Assembly: GCA_964057225.1 (NCBI GenBank)
Contig: OZ059898.1
Coordinates: forward strand, 20,398,001-20,462,000
DNA length: 64,000 nt
Direction of reading: 5' to 3'
Origin: Auanema rhodensis
Taxonomy: Eukaryota; Animalia; Nematoda
Every line of letters begins with the position of its first letter. Position 1 is the stretch's first letter. The notes below the pieces were generated by a model. It was given only the letters and a program-made list of their open reading frames with translations. It was not told the DNA's origin and did no database searches. The position numbers were made by a program, and so were the translations under genes. Positions 44,946 to 57,240 of the stretch are shown here, one piece after another.

Positions 44946-47900
44946 TTAAAGTTCACGTAAATTTCAAAGTCATGGTTACCATGAACCAATATCAATAAAA
45001 ATTTGTTTTTAAACTAATATGGACATGGGGAATCTAATTTTGAAAACCGCATCTCTTTATCTTTCACGTGAAGCGAGTTACATACCTAGTGCACATCACG
45101 TGTACATTTAATTAGCATAAATTAAAGTTCACGTAAATTTCAAAGTCATGGTTACCATGCACCAATATCAATAAAAGTTTGTTTTTAGACTAATATGGAC
45201 ATGGGGAATCTAATTTTGAGAACCGCATCTCTTTATCTTTCACGTGAAGCGAGTTACATATAAAGTGCACATCACGTGTACATTTAATTAGCATAAATTA
45301 AAGTTCACGTAAATTTCAAAGTCATGGTTACCATGAACCAATATCAATAAAAATTTGTTTTTAGACTAATATGGACATGGGGAATCTAATTTTGAAAACC
45401 GCATCTCTTTATCTTTCACGTGAAGCGAGTTACATACCAAGTGCACATCACGTGTACATTTAATTAGCATAAATTAAAGTTCACGTAAATTTCAAAGTCA
45501 TGGTTACCATGAACCAATATCAATAAAAATTTGTTTTTAAACTAATATGGACATGGGGAATCTAATTTTGAAAACCGCATCTCTTTATCTTTCAAGTGAA
45601 GCGAGTTACATACCAAGTGCACATCACGTGTACATTTAATTAGCATAAATTAAAGTTCACGTAAATTTCAAAGTCATGGTTACCATGAACCAATATCAAT
45701 AAAAATTTGTTTTCAAACTAATATGGACATGGGGATTCTAATTTTGAAAACCGCATCTCTTTATCTTTCACGTGAAGCGAGTTACATACCTAGTGCACAT
45801 CACGTGTACATTTAATTAGCATAAATTAAAGTTCACGTAAATTTCAAAGTCATGGTTACCATGAACCAATATCAATAAAAATTTGTTTTTAGACTAATTT
45901 GGACATGGAGAATCTAATTTTGAAAACCGCATCTCTTTATCTTTCAAGTGATGCGAGTTACATACCAAGTGCACATCACGTGTACATTTAATTAGCATAA
46001 ATTAAAGTTCACGTAAATTTCAAAGTCATGGTTACCATGAACCAATATCAATAAAAATTTGTTTTTAAACTAATATGGACATGGGGAATCTAATTTTGAA
46101 AACCGCATCTCTTTATCTTTCACGTGAAGCGAGTTACATACCTAGTGCACATCACGTGTACATTTAATTAGCATAAGTTGAAGTTCACGTAAATTTCAAA
46201 GTCATGGTTACCATGAACCAATATCAATGAAAATTTGTTTTTAGACTAATATGGACATGGGGAATCTAATTTTGAAAACCGCATCTCTTTATCTTTCACG
46301 TGAAGCGAGTTACATATAAAGTGCACATCACGTGTACATTTAATTAGCATAAATTAAAGTTCACGTAAATTTCAAAGTCATGGTTACCATGCACCAATAT
46401 TAATAAAAATTTGTTTTTAGACTAATATGGACATGGGGAATCTAATTTTGAAAACCGCATCTCTTTATCTTTCAAGTGAAGCGAGTTACATACCAAGTGC
46501 ACATCACGTGTACACTTAATTAGCATAAATTAAAGTTCACGTAAATTTCAAAGTCATGGTTACCATGCACCAATATCAATGAAAATTTGTTTTTAGACTA
46601 ATATGGACATGGGGAATCTAATTTTGAAAACCGCATCTCTTTATCTTTCAAGTGAAGCGAGTTACATACCAAGTGCACATCACGTGTACATTTAATTAGC
46701 ATAAATTAAAGTTCACGTAAATTTCAAAGTCATGGTTACCATGAACCAATATCAATAAAAATTTGTTTTTAAACTAATATGGACATGGGGATTCTAATTT
46801 TGAAAACCGCATCTCTTTATCTTTCACGTGAAGCGAGTTACATATAAAGTGCACATCACGTGTACATTTAATTAGCATAAATTAAAGTTCACGTAAAATT
46901 CAAAGTCATGGTTACCATGAACCAATATCAATAAAAATTTGTTTTGAAACTAATATGGACATGGGGAATCTAATTTTGAAAACCGCATCTCTTTATCTTT
47001 CACGTGAAGCGAGTTACATACCTAGTGCACATCACGTGTACATTTAATTAGCATAAATTAAAGTTCACGTAAATTTCAAAGTCATGGTTACCATGAACCA
47101 ATATCAATAAAAATTTGTTTTTAGACTAATATGGACATGGGGAATCTAATTTTGAAAACCGCATCTCTTTATCTTTCACGTGAAGCGAGTTACATATAAA
47201 GTGCACATCACGTGTACATTTAATTAGCATAAATTAAAGTTCACGTAAATTTCAAAGTCATGGTTACCATGCACCAATATTAATAAAAATTGGTTTTTAG
47301 ACTAATATGGACATGGGGAATCTAATTTTGAAAACTGCATCTCTTTATCTTTCACGTGAAGCGAGTTACATACCAAGTGCACATCACGTGTACACTTAAT
47401 TAGCATAAATTAAAGTTCACGTTAATTTCAAAGTCATGGTTACCATGAACCAATATCAATAAAAACTTGTTTTTAGACTAATATGGACATGGGGAATCTA
47501 ATTTTGAAAACCGCATCTCTTTATCTTTCACGTGAAGCGAGTTACATATAAAGTGCACATCACGTGTACATTTAATTAGCATAAATTAAAGTTCACGTAA
47601 ATTTCAAAGTCATGGTTACCATGCACCAATATTAATAAAAATTTGTTTTTAGACTAATATGGACATGGGGAATCTAATTTTGAAAACCGCATCTTTTTAT
47701 CTTTCACGTGAAGCGAGTTACATACCAAGTGCACATCACGTGTACACTAAATTAGCATAAATTAAAGTTCACGTTAATTTCAAAGTCATGGTTACCATGA
47801 ACCAATATCAATAAAAATTTGTTTTTAGACTAATATGGACATGGGGAATCTAATTTTGAAAATCGCATCTCTTTATCTTTCAAGTGAAGCGAGTTACATA

Positions 47901-50900
47901 CCAAGTGCACATCACGTGTACATTTAATTAGCATAAATTAAAGTTCACGTAAATTTCAAATTCATGGTTACCATGAACCAATATCAATAAAAATTTGTTT
48001 TTAAACTAATATGGACATGGGGATTCTAATTTTGAAAACCGCATCTCTTTATCTTTCACGTGAAGCGAGTTACATACCTAGTGCACATCACGTGTACATT
48101 TAATTAGCATAAATTAAAGTTCACGTAAATTTCAAAGTCATGGTTACCATGAACCAATATCAATAAAAATTTGTTTTTAGACTAAATTGGACATGGGGAA
48201 TCTAATTTTGAAAACCGCATCTCTTTATCTTTCAAGTGAAGCGAGTTACATACCAAGTGCACATCAAGTGTACATTTAATTAGCATAAATTAAAGTTCAC
48301 GTAAATTTCAAATTCATGGTTACCATGAACCAATATCAATAAAAATTTGTTTTTAAACTAATATGGACATGGGGAATCTAATTTTGAAAACCGCATCTCT
48401 TTATCTTTCACGTGAAGCGAGTTACATACCTAGTGCACATCACGTGTACATTTAATTAGCATAAATTAAAGTTCACGTAAATTTCAAATTCATGGTTACC
48501 ATGAACCAATATCAATAAAAATTTGTTTTTAAACTAATATGGACATGGGGATTCTAATTTTGAAAACCGCATCTCTTTATCTTTCACGTGAAGCGAGTTA
48601 CATACCTAGTGCACATCACGTGTACATTTAATTAGCATAAATTAAAGTTCACGTAAATTTCAAAGTCATGGTTACCATGAACCAATATCAATAAAAATAT
48701 GTTTTTAGACTAATTTGGACATGGGGAATCTAATTTTGAAAACCGCATCTCTTTATCTTTCACGTGAAGCGAGTTACATATAAAGTGCACATCACGTGTA
48801 CATTTAATTAGCATAAATTAAAGTTCACGTAAATTTCAAAGTCATGGTTACCATGCACCAATATTAATAAAAATTTGTTTTTAGACTAATATGAACATGG
48901 GGAATCTAATTTTGAAAACCGCATCTTTTTATCTTTCACGTGAAGCGAGTTACATACCAAGTGCACATCACGTGTACACTAAATTAGCATAAATTAAAGT
49001 TCACGTTAATTTCAAAGTCATGGTTACCATGCACCAATATCAATAAAAATTTGTTTTTAGACTAATTTGGACATGGGGAATCTAATTTTGAAAACCGCAT
49101 CTCTTTATCTTTCACGTGAGGCGAGTTACATACCAAGTGCACATCACGTGTACATTTAATTAGCATAAATTAAAGTTCACGTAAATTTCAAAGTCATGGT
49201 TACCATGAACCAATATCAATAAAAATTTGTTTTTAGACTAATATGGACATGGGGAATCTAATTTTGAAAACCGCATCTCTTTATCTTTCAAGTGAAGCGA
49301 GTTACATACCAAGTGCACATCACGTGTACATTTAATTAGCATAAATTAAAGTTCACGTAAATTTCAAATTCATGGTTACCATGAACCAATATCAATAAAA
49401 ATTTGTTTTTAAACTAATATGGACATGGGGATTCTAATTTTGAAAACCGCATCTCTTTATCTTTCACGTGAAGCGAGTTACATACCTAGTGCACATCACG
49501 TGTACATTTAATTAGCATAAATTAAAGTTCACGTAAATTTCAAAGTCATGGTTACCATGAACCAATATCAATAAAAATTTGTTTTTAGACTAATTTGGAC
49601 ATGGGGAATCTAATTTTGAAAACCGCATCTCTTTATCTTTCAAGTGAAGCGAGTTACATACCAAGTGCACATCACGTGTACATTTAATTAGCATAAATTA
49701 AAGTTCACGTAAATTTCAAATTCATGGTTACCATGAACCAATATCAATAAAAATTTGTTTTTAAACTAATATGGACATGGGGAATCTAATTTTGAAAACC
49801 GCATCTCTTTATCTTTCACGTGAAGCGAGTTACATACCTAGTGCACATCACGTGTACATTTAATTAGCATAAATTAAAGTTCACGTAAATTTCAAATTCA
49901 TGGTTACCATGAACCAATATCAATAAAAATTTGTTTTTAAACTAATATGGACATGGGGATTCTAATTTTGAAAACCGCATCTCTTTATCTTTCACGTGAA
50001 GCGAGTTACATACCTAGTGCACATCACGTGTACATTTAATTAGCATAAATTAAAGTTCACGTAAATTTCAAAGTCATGGTTACCATGAACCAATATCAAT
50101 AAAAATTTGTTTTTAGACTAATTTGGACATGGGGAATCTAATTTTGAAAACCGCATCTCTTTATCTTTCAAGTGAAGCGAGTTACATACCAAGTGCACAT
50201 CACGTGTACATTTAATTAGCATAAATTAAAGTTCACGTAAATTTCAAAGTCATGGTTACCATGAACCAATATCAATAAAAATTTGTTTTTAGACTAATAT
50301 GGACATGGGGAATCTAATTTTGAAAACCGCATCTTTTTATCTTTCACGTGAAGCGAGTTACATACCAAGTGCACATCACGTGTACACTAAATTAGCATAA
50401 ATTAAAGTTCACGTTAATTTCAAAGTCATGGTTACCATGCACCAATATCAATAAAAATTTGTTTTTAGACTAATTTGGACATGGGGAATCTAATTTTGAA
50501 AACCGCATCTCTTTATCTTTCAAGTGAGGCGAGTTACATACCAAGTGCACATCACGTGTACATTTAATTAGCATAAATTAAAGTTCACGTAAATTTCAAA
50601 GTCATGGTTACCATGAACCAATATCAATAAAAATTTGTTTTTAGACTAATATGGACATGGGGAATCTAATTTTGAAAACCGCATCTCTTTATCTTTCAAG
50701 TGAAGCGAGTTACATACCAAGTGCACATCACGTGTACATTTAATTAGCATAAATTAAAGTTCACGTAAATTTCAAATTCATGGTTACCATGAACCAATAT
50801 CAATAAAAATTTGTTTTTAAACTAATATGGAAATGGGGAATCTAATTTTGAAAACCGCATCTCTTTATCTTTCACGTGAAGCGAGTTACATACCTAGTGC

Positions 50901-53900
50901 ACATCACGTGTACATTTAATTAGCATAAATTAAAGTTCACGTAAATTTCAAATTCATGGTTACCATGAACCAATATCAATAAAAATTTGTTTTTAAACTA
51001 ATATGGACATGGGGATTCTAATTTTGAAAACCGCATCTCTTTATCTTCCACGTGAAGCGAGTTACATACCTAGTGCACATCACGTGTACATTTAATTAGC
51101 ATAAATTAAAGTTCACGTAAATTTCAAAGTCATGGTTACCATGAATCAATATCAATAAAAAGTTGTTTTTAGACTAATTTGGACATGGGGAATCTAATTT
51201 TGTAAAACGCATCTCTTTATCTTTCAAGTGAAGCGAGTTACATACCAAGTGCACATCACGTGTACATTTAATTAGCATAAATTAAAGTTCACGTAAATTT
51301 CAAAGTCATGGTTACCATGAACCAATATCAATAAAAATTTGTTTTTAGACTAATATGGACATGGGGAATCTAATTTTGAAAACCGCATCTTTTTATCTTT
51401 CACGTGAAGCGAGTTACATACCAAGTGCACATCACGTGTACACTAAATTAGCATAAATTAAAGTTCACGTTAATTTCAAAGTCATGGTTACCATGCACCA
51501 ATATCAATAAAAATTTGTTTTTGGACTAATTTGGACATGGGGAATCTAATTTTGAAAACCGCATCTCTTTATCTTTCACGTGAGGCGAGTTACATACCAA
51601 GTGCACATCACGTGTACATTTAATTAGCATAAATTAAAGTTCACGTAAATTTCAAAGTCATGGTTACCATGAACCAATATCAATAAAAATTTGTTTTTAG
51701 ACTAATATGGACATGGGGAATCTAATTTTGAAAACCGCATCTCTTTATCTTTCACGTGAGGCGAGTTACATACCAAGTGCACATCACGTGTACATTTAAT
51801 TAGCATAAATTAAAGTTCACGTAAATTTCAAAGTCATGGTTACCATGAACCAATATCAATAAAAATTTGTTTTTAGACTAATTTGGACATGGGGAATCTA
51901 ATTTTGAAAACCGCATCTCTTTATCTTTCAAGTGAAGCGAGTTACATACCAAGTGCACATCACGTGTACATTTAATTAGCATAAATTAAAGTTCACGTAA
52001 ATTTCAAATTCATGGTTACCATGAACCAATATCAATAAAAATTTGTTTTTAAACTAATATGGACATGGGGAATCAAATTTTGAAAACCGCATCTCTTTAT
52101 CTTTCACGTGAAGCGAGTTACATACCTAGTGCACATCACGTGTACATTTAATTAGCATAAATTAAAGTTCACGTAAATTTCAAAGTCATGGTTACCATGA
52201 ATCAATATCAATAAAAATTTGTTTTTAGACTAATTTGGACATGGGGAATCTAATTTTGAAAACCGCATCTCTTTATCTTTCAAGTGAAGCGAGTTACATA
52301 CCAAGTGCACATCACGTGTACATTTAATTAGCATAAATTAAAGTTCACGTAAATTTCAAAGTCATGGTTACCATGAACCAATATCAATAAAAATTTGTTT
52401 TTAGACTAATATGGACATGGGGAATCTAATTTTGAAAACCGCATCTTTTTATCTTTCACGTGAAGCGAGTTACATACCAAGTGCACATCACGTGTACACT
52501 GAATTAGCATAAATTAAAGTTCACGTTAATTTCAAAGTCATGGTTACCATGCACCAATATCAATAAAAATTTGTTTTTAGACTAATTTGGACAAGGGGAA
52601 TCTAATTTTGAAAACCGCATCTCTTTATCTTTCACGTGAGGCGAGTTACATACCAAGTGCACATCACGTGTACATTTAATTAGCATAAATTAAAGTTCAC
52701 GTAAATTTCAAATTCATGGTTACCATGAACCAATATCAATAAAAATTTGTTTTTAAACTAATATGGACATGGGGATTCTAATTTTGAAAACCGCATCTCT
52801 TTATCTTTCACGTGAAGCGAGTTACATACCTAGTGCACATCACGTGTACATTTAATTAGCATAAATTAAAGTTCACGTAAATTTCAAAGTCATGGTTACC
52901 ATGAACCAATATCAATAAAAATTTGTTTTTAGACTAATTTGGACATGGGGAATCTAATTTTGAAAACCGCATCTCTTTATCTTTCAAGTGAAGCGAGTTA
53001 CATACCAAGTGCACATCACGTGTACATTTAATTAGCATAAATTAAAGTTCACGTAAATTTCAAATTCATGGTTACCATGAACCAATATCAATAAAAATTT
53101 GTTTTTAAACTAATATGGACATGGGGAATCTAATTTTGAAAACCGCATCTCTTTATCTTTCACGTGAAGCGAGTTACATACCTAGTGCACATCACGTGTA
53201 CATTTAATTAGCATAAATTAAAGTTCACGTAAATTTCAAATTCATGGTTACCATGAACCAATATCAATAAAAATTTGTTTTCAAACTAATATGGACATGG
53301 GGATTCTAATTTTGAAAACCGCATCTCTTTATCTTTCACGTGAAGCGAGTTACATACCTAGTGCACATCACGTGTACATTTAATTAGCATAAATTAAAGT
53401 TCACGTAAATTTCAAATTCATGGTTACCATGAACCAATATCAATAAAAATTTGTTTTTAAACTAATATGGACATGGGGATTCTAATTTTGAAAACCGCAT
53501 CTCTTTATCTTTCACGTGAAGCGAGTTACATACCTAGTGCACATCACGTGTACATTTAATTAGCATAAATTAAAGTTCACGTAAATTTCAAAGTCATGGT
53601 TACCATGAACCAATATCAATAAAAATTTGTTTTTAGACTAATTTGGACATGGGGAATCTAATTTTGAAAACCGCATCTCTTTATCTTTCAAGTGAAGCGA
53701 GTTACATACCAAGTGCACATCACGTGTACATTTAATTAGCATAAATTAAAGTTCACGTAAATTTCAAAGTCATGGTTACCATGAACCAATATCAATAAAA
53801 ATTTGTTTTTAGACTAATATGGACATGGGGAATCTAATTTTGAAAACCTTATCTCTTTATCTTTCACGTGAAGCGAGTTACATATAAAGTGCACATCAAG

Positions 53901-55424
53901 TGTACATTTAATTAGCATAAATTAAAGTTCACGTAAATTTCAAAGTCATGGTTACCATGCACCAATATTAATAAAAATTTGTTTTTAGACTAATATGGAC
54001 ATGGGGAATCTAATTTTGAAAACCGCATCTCTTTATCTTTCACGTGAAGCGAGTTACATATAAAGTGCACATCAAGTGTACATTTAATTAGCATAAATTA
54101 AAGTTCACGTAAATTTCAAAGTCATGGTTACCATGCACCAATATTAATAAAAATTTGTTTTTAGACTAATATGGACATGGGGAATCTAATTTTGAAAACC
54201 GCATCTCTTTATCTTTCACGTGAAGCGAGTTACATACCAAGTGCACATCACGTGTACATTTAATTAGTATAAATTAAAGTTCACGTAAATTTCAAAGTCA
54301 TGGTTACCATGAACCAATATCAATAAAAATTTGTTTTTAGACTAATTTGGACATGGGGAATCTAATTTTGAAAACCGCATCTCTTTATCTTTCAAGTGAA
54401 GCGAGTTACATACCAAGTGCACATCACGTGTACATTTAATTAGCATAAATTAAAGTTCACGTAAAATTCAAAGTCATGGTTACCATGAACCAATATCAAT
54501 AAAAATTTGTTTTTAGACTAATTTGGACATGGGGAATCTAATTTTGAAAACCGCATCTCTTTATCTTTCAAGTGAAGCGAGTTACATACCAAGTGCACAT
54601 CACGTGTACATTTAATTAGCATAAATTAAAGTTCACGTAAATTTCAAAGTCATGGTTACTATGAACCAATATCAATAAAAATTTGTTTTTAAACTAATAT
54701 GGACATGGGGAATCTAATTTTGAAAACCGCATCTCTTTATCTTTCACGTGAGGCGAGTTACATACCAAGTGCACATCACGTGTACATTTAATTAGCATAA
54801 ATTAAAGTTCACGTAAATTTCAAAGTCATGGTTACCATGAACCAATATCAATAAAAATTTGTTTTTAGACTAATATGGACATGGGGAATCTAATTTTGAA
54901 AACCGCATCTCTTTATCTTTCAAGTGAAGCGAGTTACATACCAAGTGCACATCACGTGTACATTTAATTAGCATAAATTAAAGTTCACGTAAATTTCAAA
55001 TTCATGGTTACCATGAACCAATATCAATAAAAATTTGTTTTTAGACTAATTTGGACATGGGGAATCTAATTTTGAAAACCGCATCTCTTTATCTTTCACG
55101 TGAAGCGAGTTACATACCTAGTGCACATCACGTGTACATTTAATTAGCATAAATTAAAGTTCACGTAAATTTCAAAGTCATGGTTACCATGAATCAATAT
55201 CAATAAAAATTTGTTTTTAGACTAATATGGACATGGGGAATCTAATTTTGAAAACCGCATCTCTTTATCTTTCAAGTGAAGCGAGTTACATACCAAGTGC
55301 ACATCACGTGTACATTTAATTAGCATAAATTAAAGTTCACGTAAATTTCAAATTCATGGTTACCATGAACCAATATCAATAAAAATTTGTTTTTAAACTA
55401 ATATGGACATGGGGAATCTAATTT
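44946..55424. repeat. 176-bp satellite DNA tandem array, right block (about 59 monomers)
   Basis: Same monomer and orientation. Phase is kept from 44967 to 55351 (59x176). The last monomer is cut at ...GGGGAATCTAATTT by the LTR. Confidence 0.99.
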
Positions 55425-55684
55425 TGTGCTTGAGCACTCTATATTCCTAAAAAACCTTAAAAACTCTATCTTTTTCTAATACTTCATAATTCTTTATAAA
55501 TCTCTTTTAACTGATCAATATTCGTGTAAGTTGAACCTAAGGCTCTTTTTACTCATGACTCATAGGCTACTCATCCCCCACGCATATCTCCGCAGAATAA
55601 GCATGAGATAACGCTTGCTTCTCCTCCCCCTTTTTGTATCTCTGAATTCTCTAAGTTAACATTATATCTTGCCTCTCGCGTTAG

Positions 55685-55691
55685 TATATAA
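55685..55691 (+). promoter_or_regulatory. LTR TATA box (TATATAA)
   Basis: gTATATAAgcc in a U3-like position, about 70 bp upstream of AATAAA. Confidence 0.7.
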
Positions 55692-55759
55692 GCCGAGAGG
55701 ATTCCTCAAATTCTTAGGTGTCAATAGTGTAAAAGAATTTATTCTTGTTACCGTTGCAT

Positions 55760-55765
55760 AATAAA
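55760..55765 (+). terminator. LTR polyadenylation signal AATAAA
   Basis: Canonical hexamer downstream of the TATA box, in an R-like position. Confidence 0.65.
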
Positions 55766-55824
55766 TATTCTCTCCATATTCTCTTCGATCAAGAGCACTA
55801 CAAAAATCTACCACTGAACCAACT

Positions 55825-57240
55825 ATGCCACTGCTCCGCTCACCCATTTCTAAGGACACGACGGCGCAAAACATGGTGCATCAGGCCGAGCCTAGTGAAG
55901 CAGCCCGCGCCGAAGCGTGGATTGGAAAATGCTACCAACTATTGGAAAAGATTCGCGAATCGGACAACAAAAGGAAATCGTTCGTCAACCGAACGGTTAA
56001 CTATCATTCTAACCGTGCCTCCAATATGATTGAAATTCGTCTCACGGAAATAAGATCTATCCAAGAGGACACCGAAGCAATCCAAAACTTGATCGAGGAA
56101 ATGAGAAACATAACGGACAACCTAACGGCAGAGGATCAAGAACGCCTAACCGCCAACGAGTGTACTCTCAGAAGACACATCAAATCTCTCACGGACTACA
56201 AAATCCATATCGAAGGACAAATCGAGTTTCTTCGCAACTCGAGACAAGATCAGGACCTGAGAGGAACAATTCCTCGTCTACAAACTCCACAACTTGAAGA
56301 GTCAATTGGAGGATTTCCCTCGAACCAGGACACCAACATCAATCAAGGACATCCTATGATAGTCCAAGATAATTACCGCTATCGCCAGACAGTGAAACCA
56401 GTTGACATTCCAAAGTTTGATGGTAACATCAAGAACTGGACCAATTTCTGGACACTTTTCAACCGGCTTATCCATACCGCCAACATACAGGACATTGAGA
56501 AGTTCAATTACCTTCGCCAATCACTCACGGGTGAAGCAGCCTCATTGATTTCCTCATTTTCAACTGATGAAGAGTCGTACCACCCAGCGGTAAGCTACCT
56601 GAGAAGTGTCTACGATCACGAAGACAAAATTCTCCGATATCTCATGCTCGATTTCATACAACTGAAAGCGCAATCTCCGAGCAACAAGGACTTATTGCTC
56701 CTTATGAGAAAAATTAATGGGATAGCAAGACAAACTGAAAGGAACAATGAAGCTGCCCTCAATGCACTTGCCATCGTCCTTATTCAACAAAAACTGCCTG
56801 GACACATCCTGCAAGAAGTCTACCGCTCAGGATCCAACTCGAACATGAACTGGAGACAACTAGTGGACAATACCGAAAAATACCTCCAACATGAACAAGA
56901 GGTTAAAAACATTTCATCGGACCTGCAGACGAAACCGGTTCCAAGAACCATGCATCAATCCTACAACAGACAAAACTTTGTCACCAATAACCGTCCAAAA
57001 CCGGATAACAAAAAACCTTCCGGTAAGCAAACCTCGAACAGCTGCATATTTTGTCAAAAACCACACGCCCCATGGACCTGTGACACTCCAAAGACAAGGA
57101 AAGAGAGACTGACCATACTGAATCAGGACAAAAGATGCATAAACTGTCTCAGAAAATCTCACGCAACAGAAGCATGCCCAAGCAAGCGCTTATGTTCGAA
57201 CTGTGGAGGAAAACATATTGACCTTCTCTGCTTCAAAAAG
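55825..57240 (+). CDS. gag: Gag region of the polyprotein (BEL/Pao DUF1759-type capsid plus three CCHC knuckles)
   Basis: IPKFDGNIKNWTNFWTLF...EKFNYLRQSLTGEA (56407-56538). Knuckles CIFCQKPHAPWTC, CINCLRKSHATEAC and CSNCGGKHIDLLC (57043-57231). Confidence 0.92.

Larger units (their letters stand above)
55425..55873 (+). repeat. 5' LTR (449 bp)
   Basis: Begins TGT at the satellite junction (alternative start: TG at 55427) and ends ACA immediately before the TGG PBS. Contains a TATA box and a polyA signal. The second LTR is not visible, so the ends rest on terminal motifs only. Confidence 0.85.

Noticed and set aside
44510-44948. Tc1/mariner MITE (TA duplication) or Helitron
   Set aside because: No terminal inverted repeats and no 5'-TC/CTRR-3' termini on either strand.
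1-55424. CRISPR-like array or coding tandem repeat
   Set aside because: Monomers are contiguous and near-identical with no unique spacers, no cas genes and no ORFs in the track. This is satellite DNA.
55426-55437. GTGCT-TG-AGCAC hairpin at the LTR start
   Set aside because: A 5-bp stem is expected by chance and no function can be supported.
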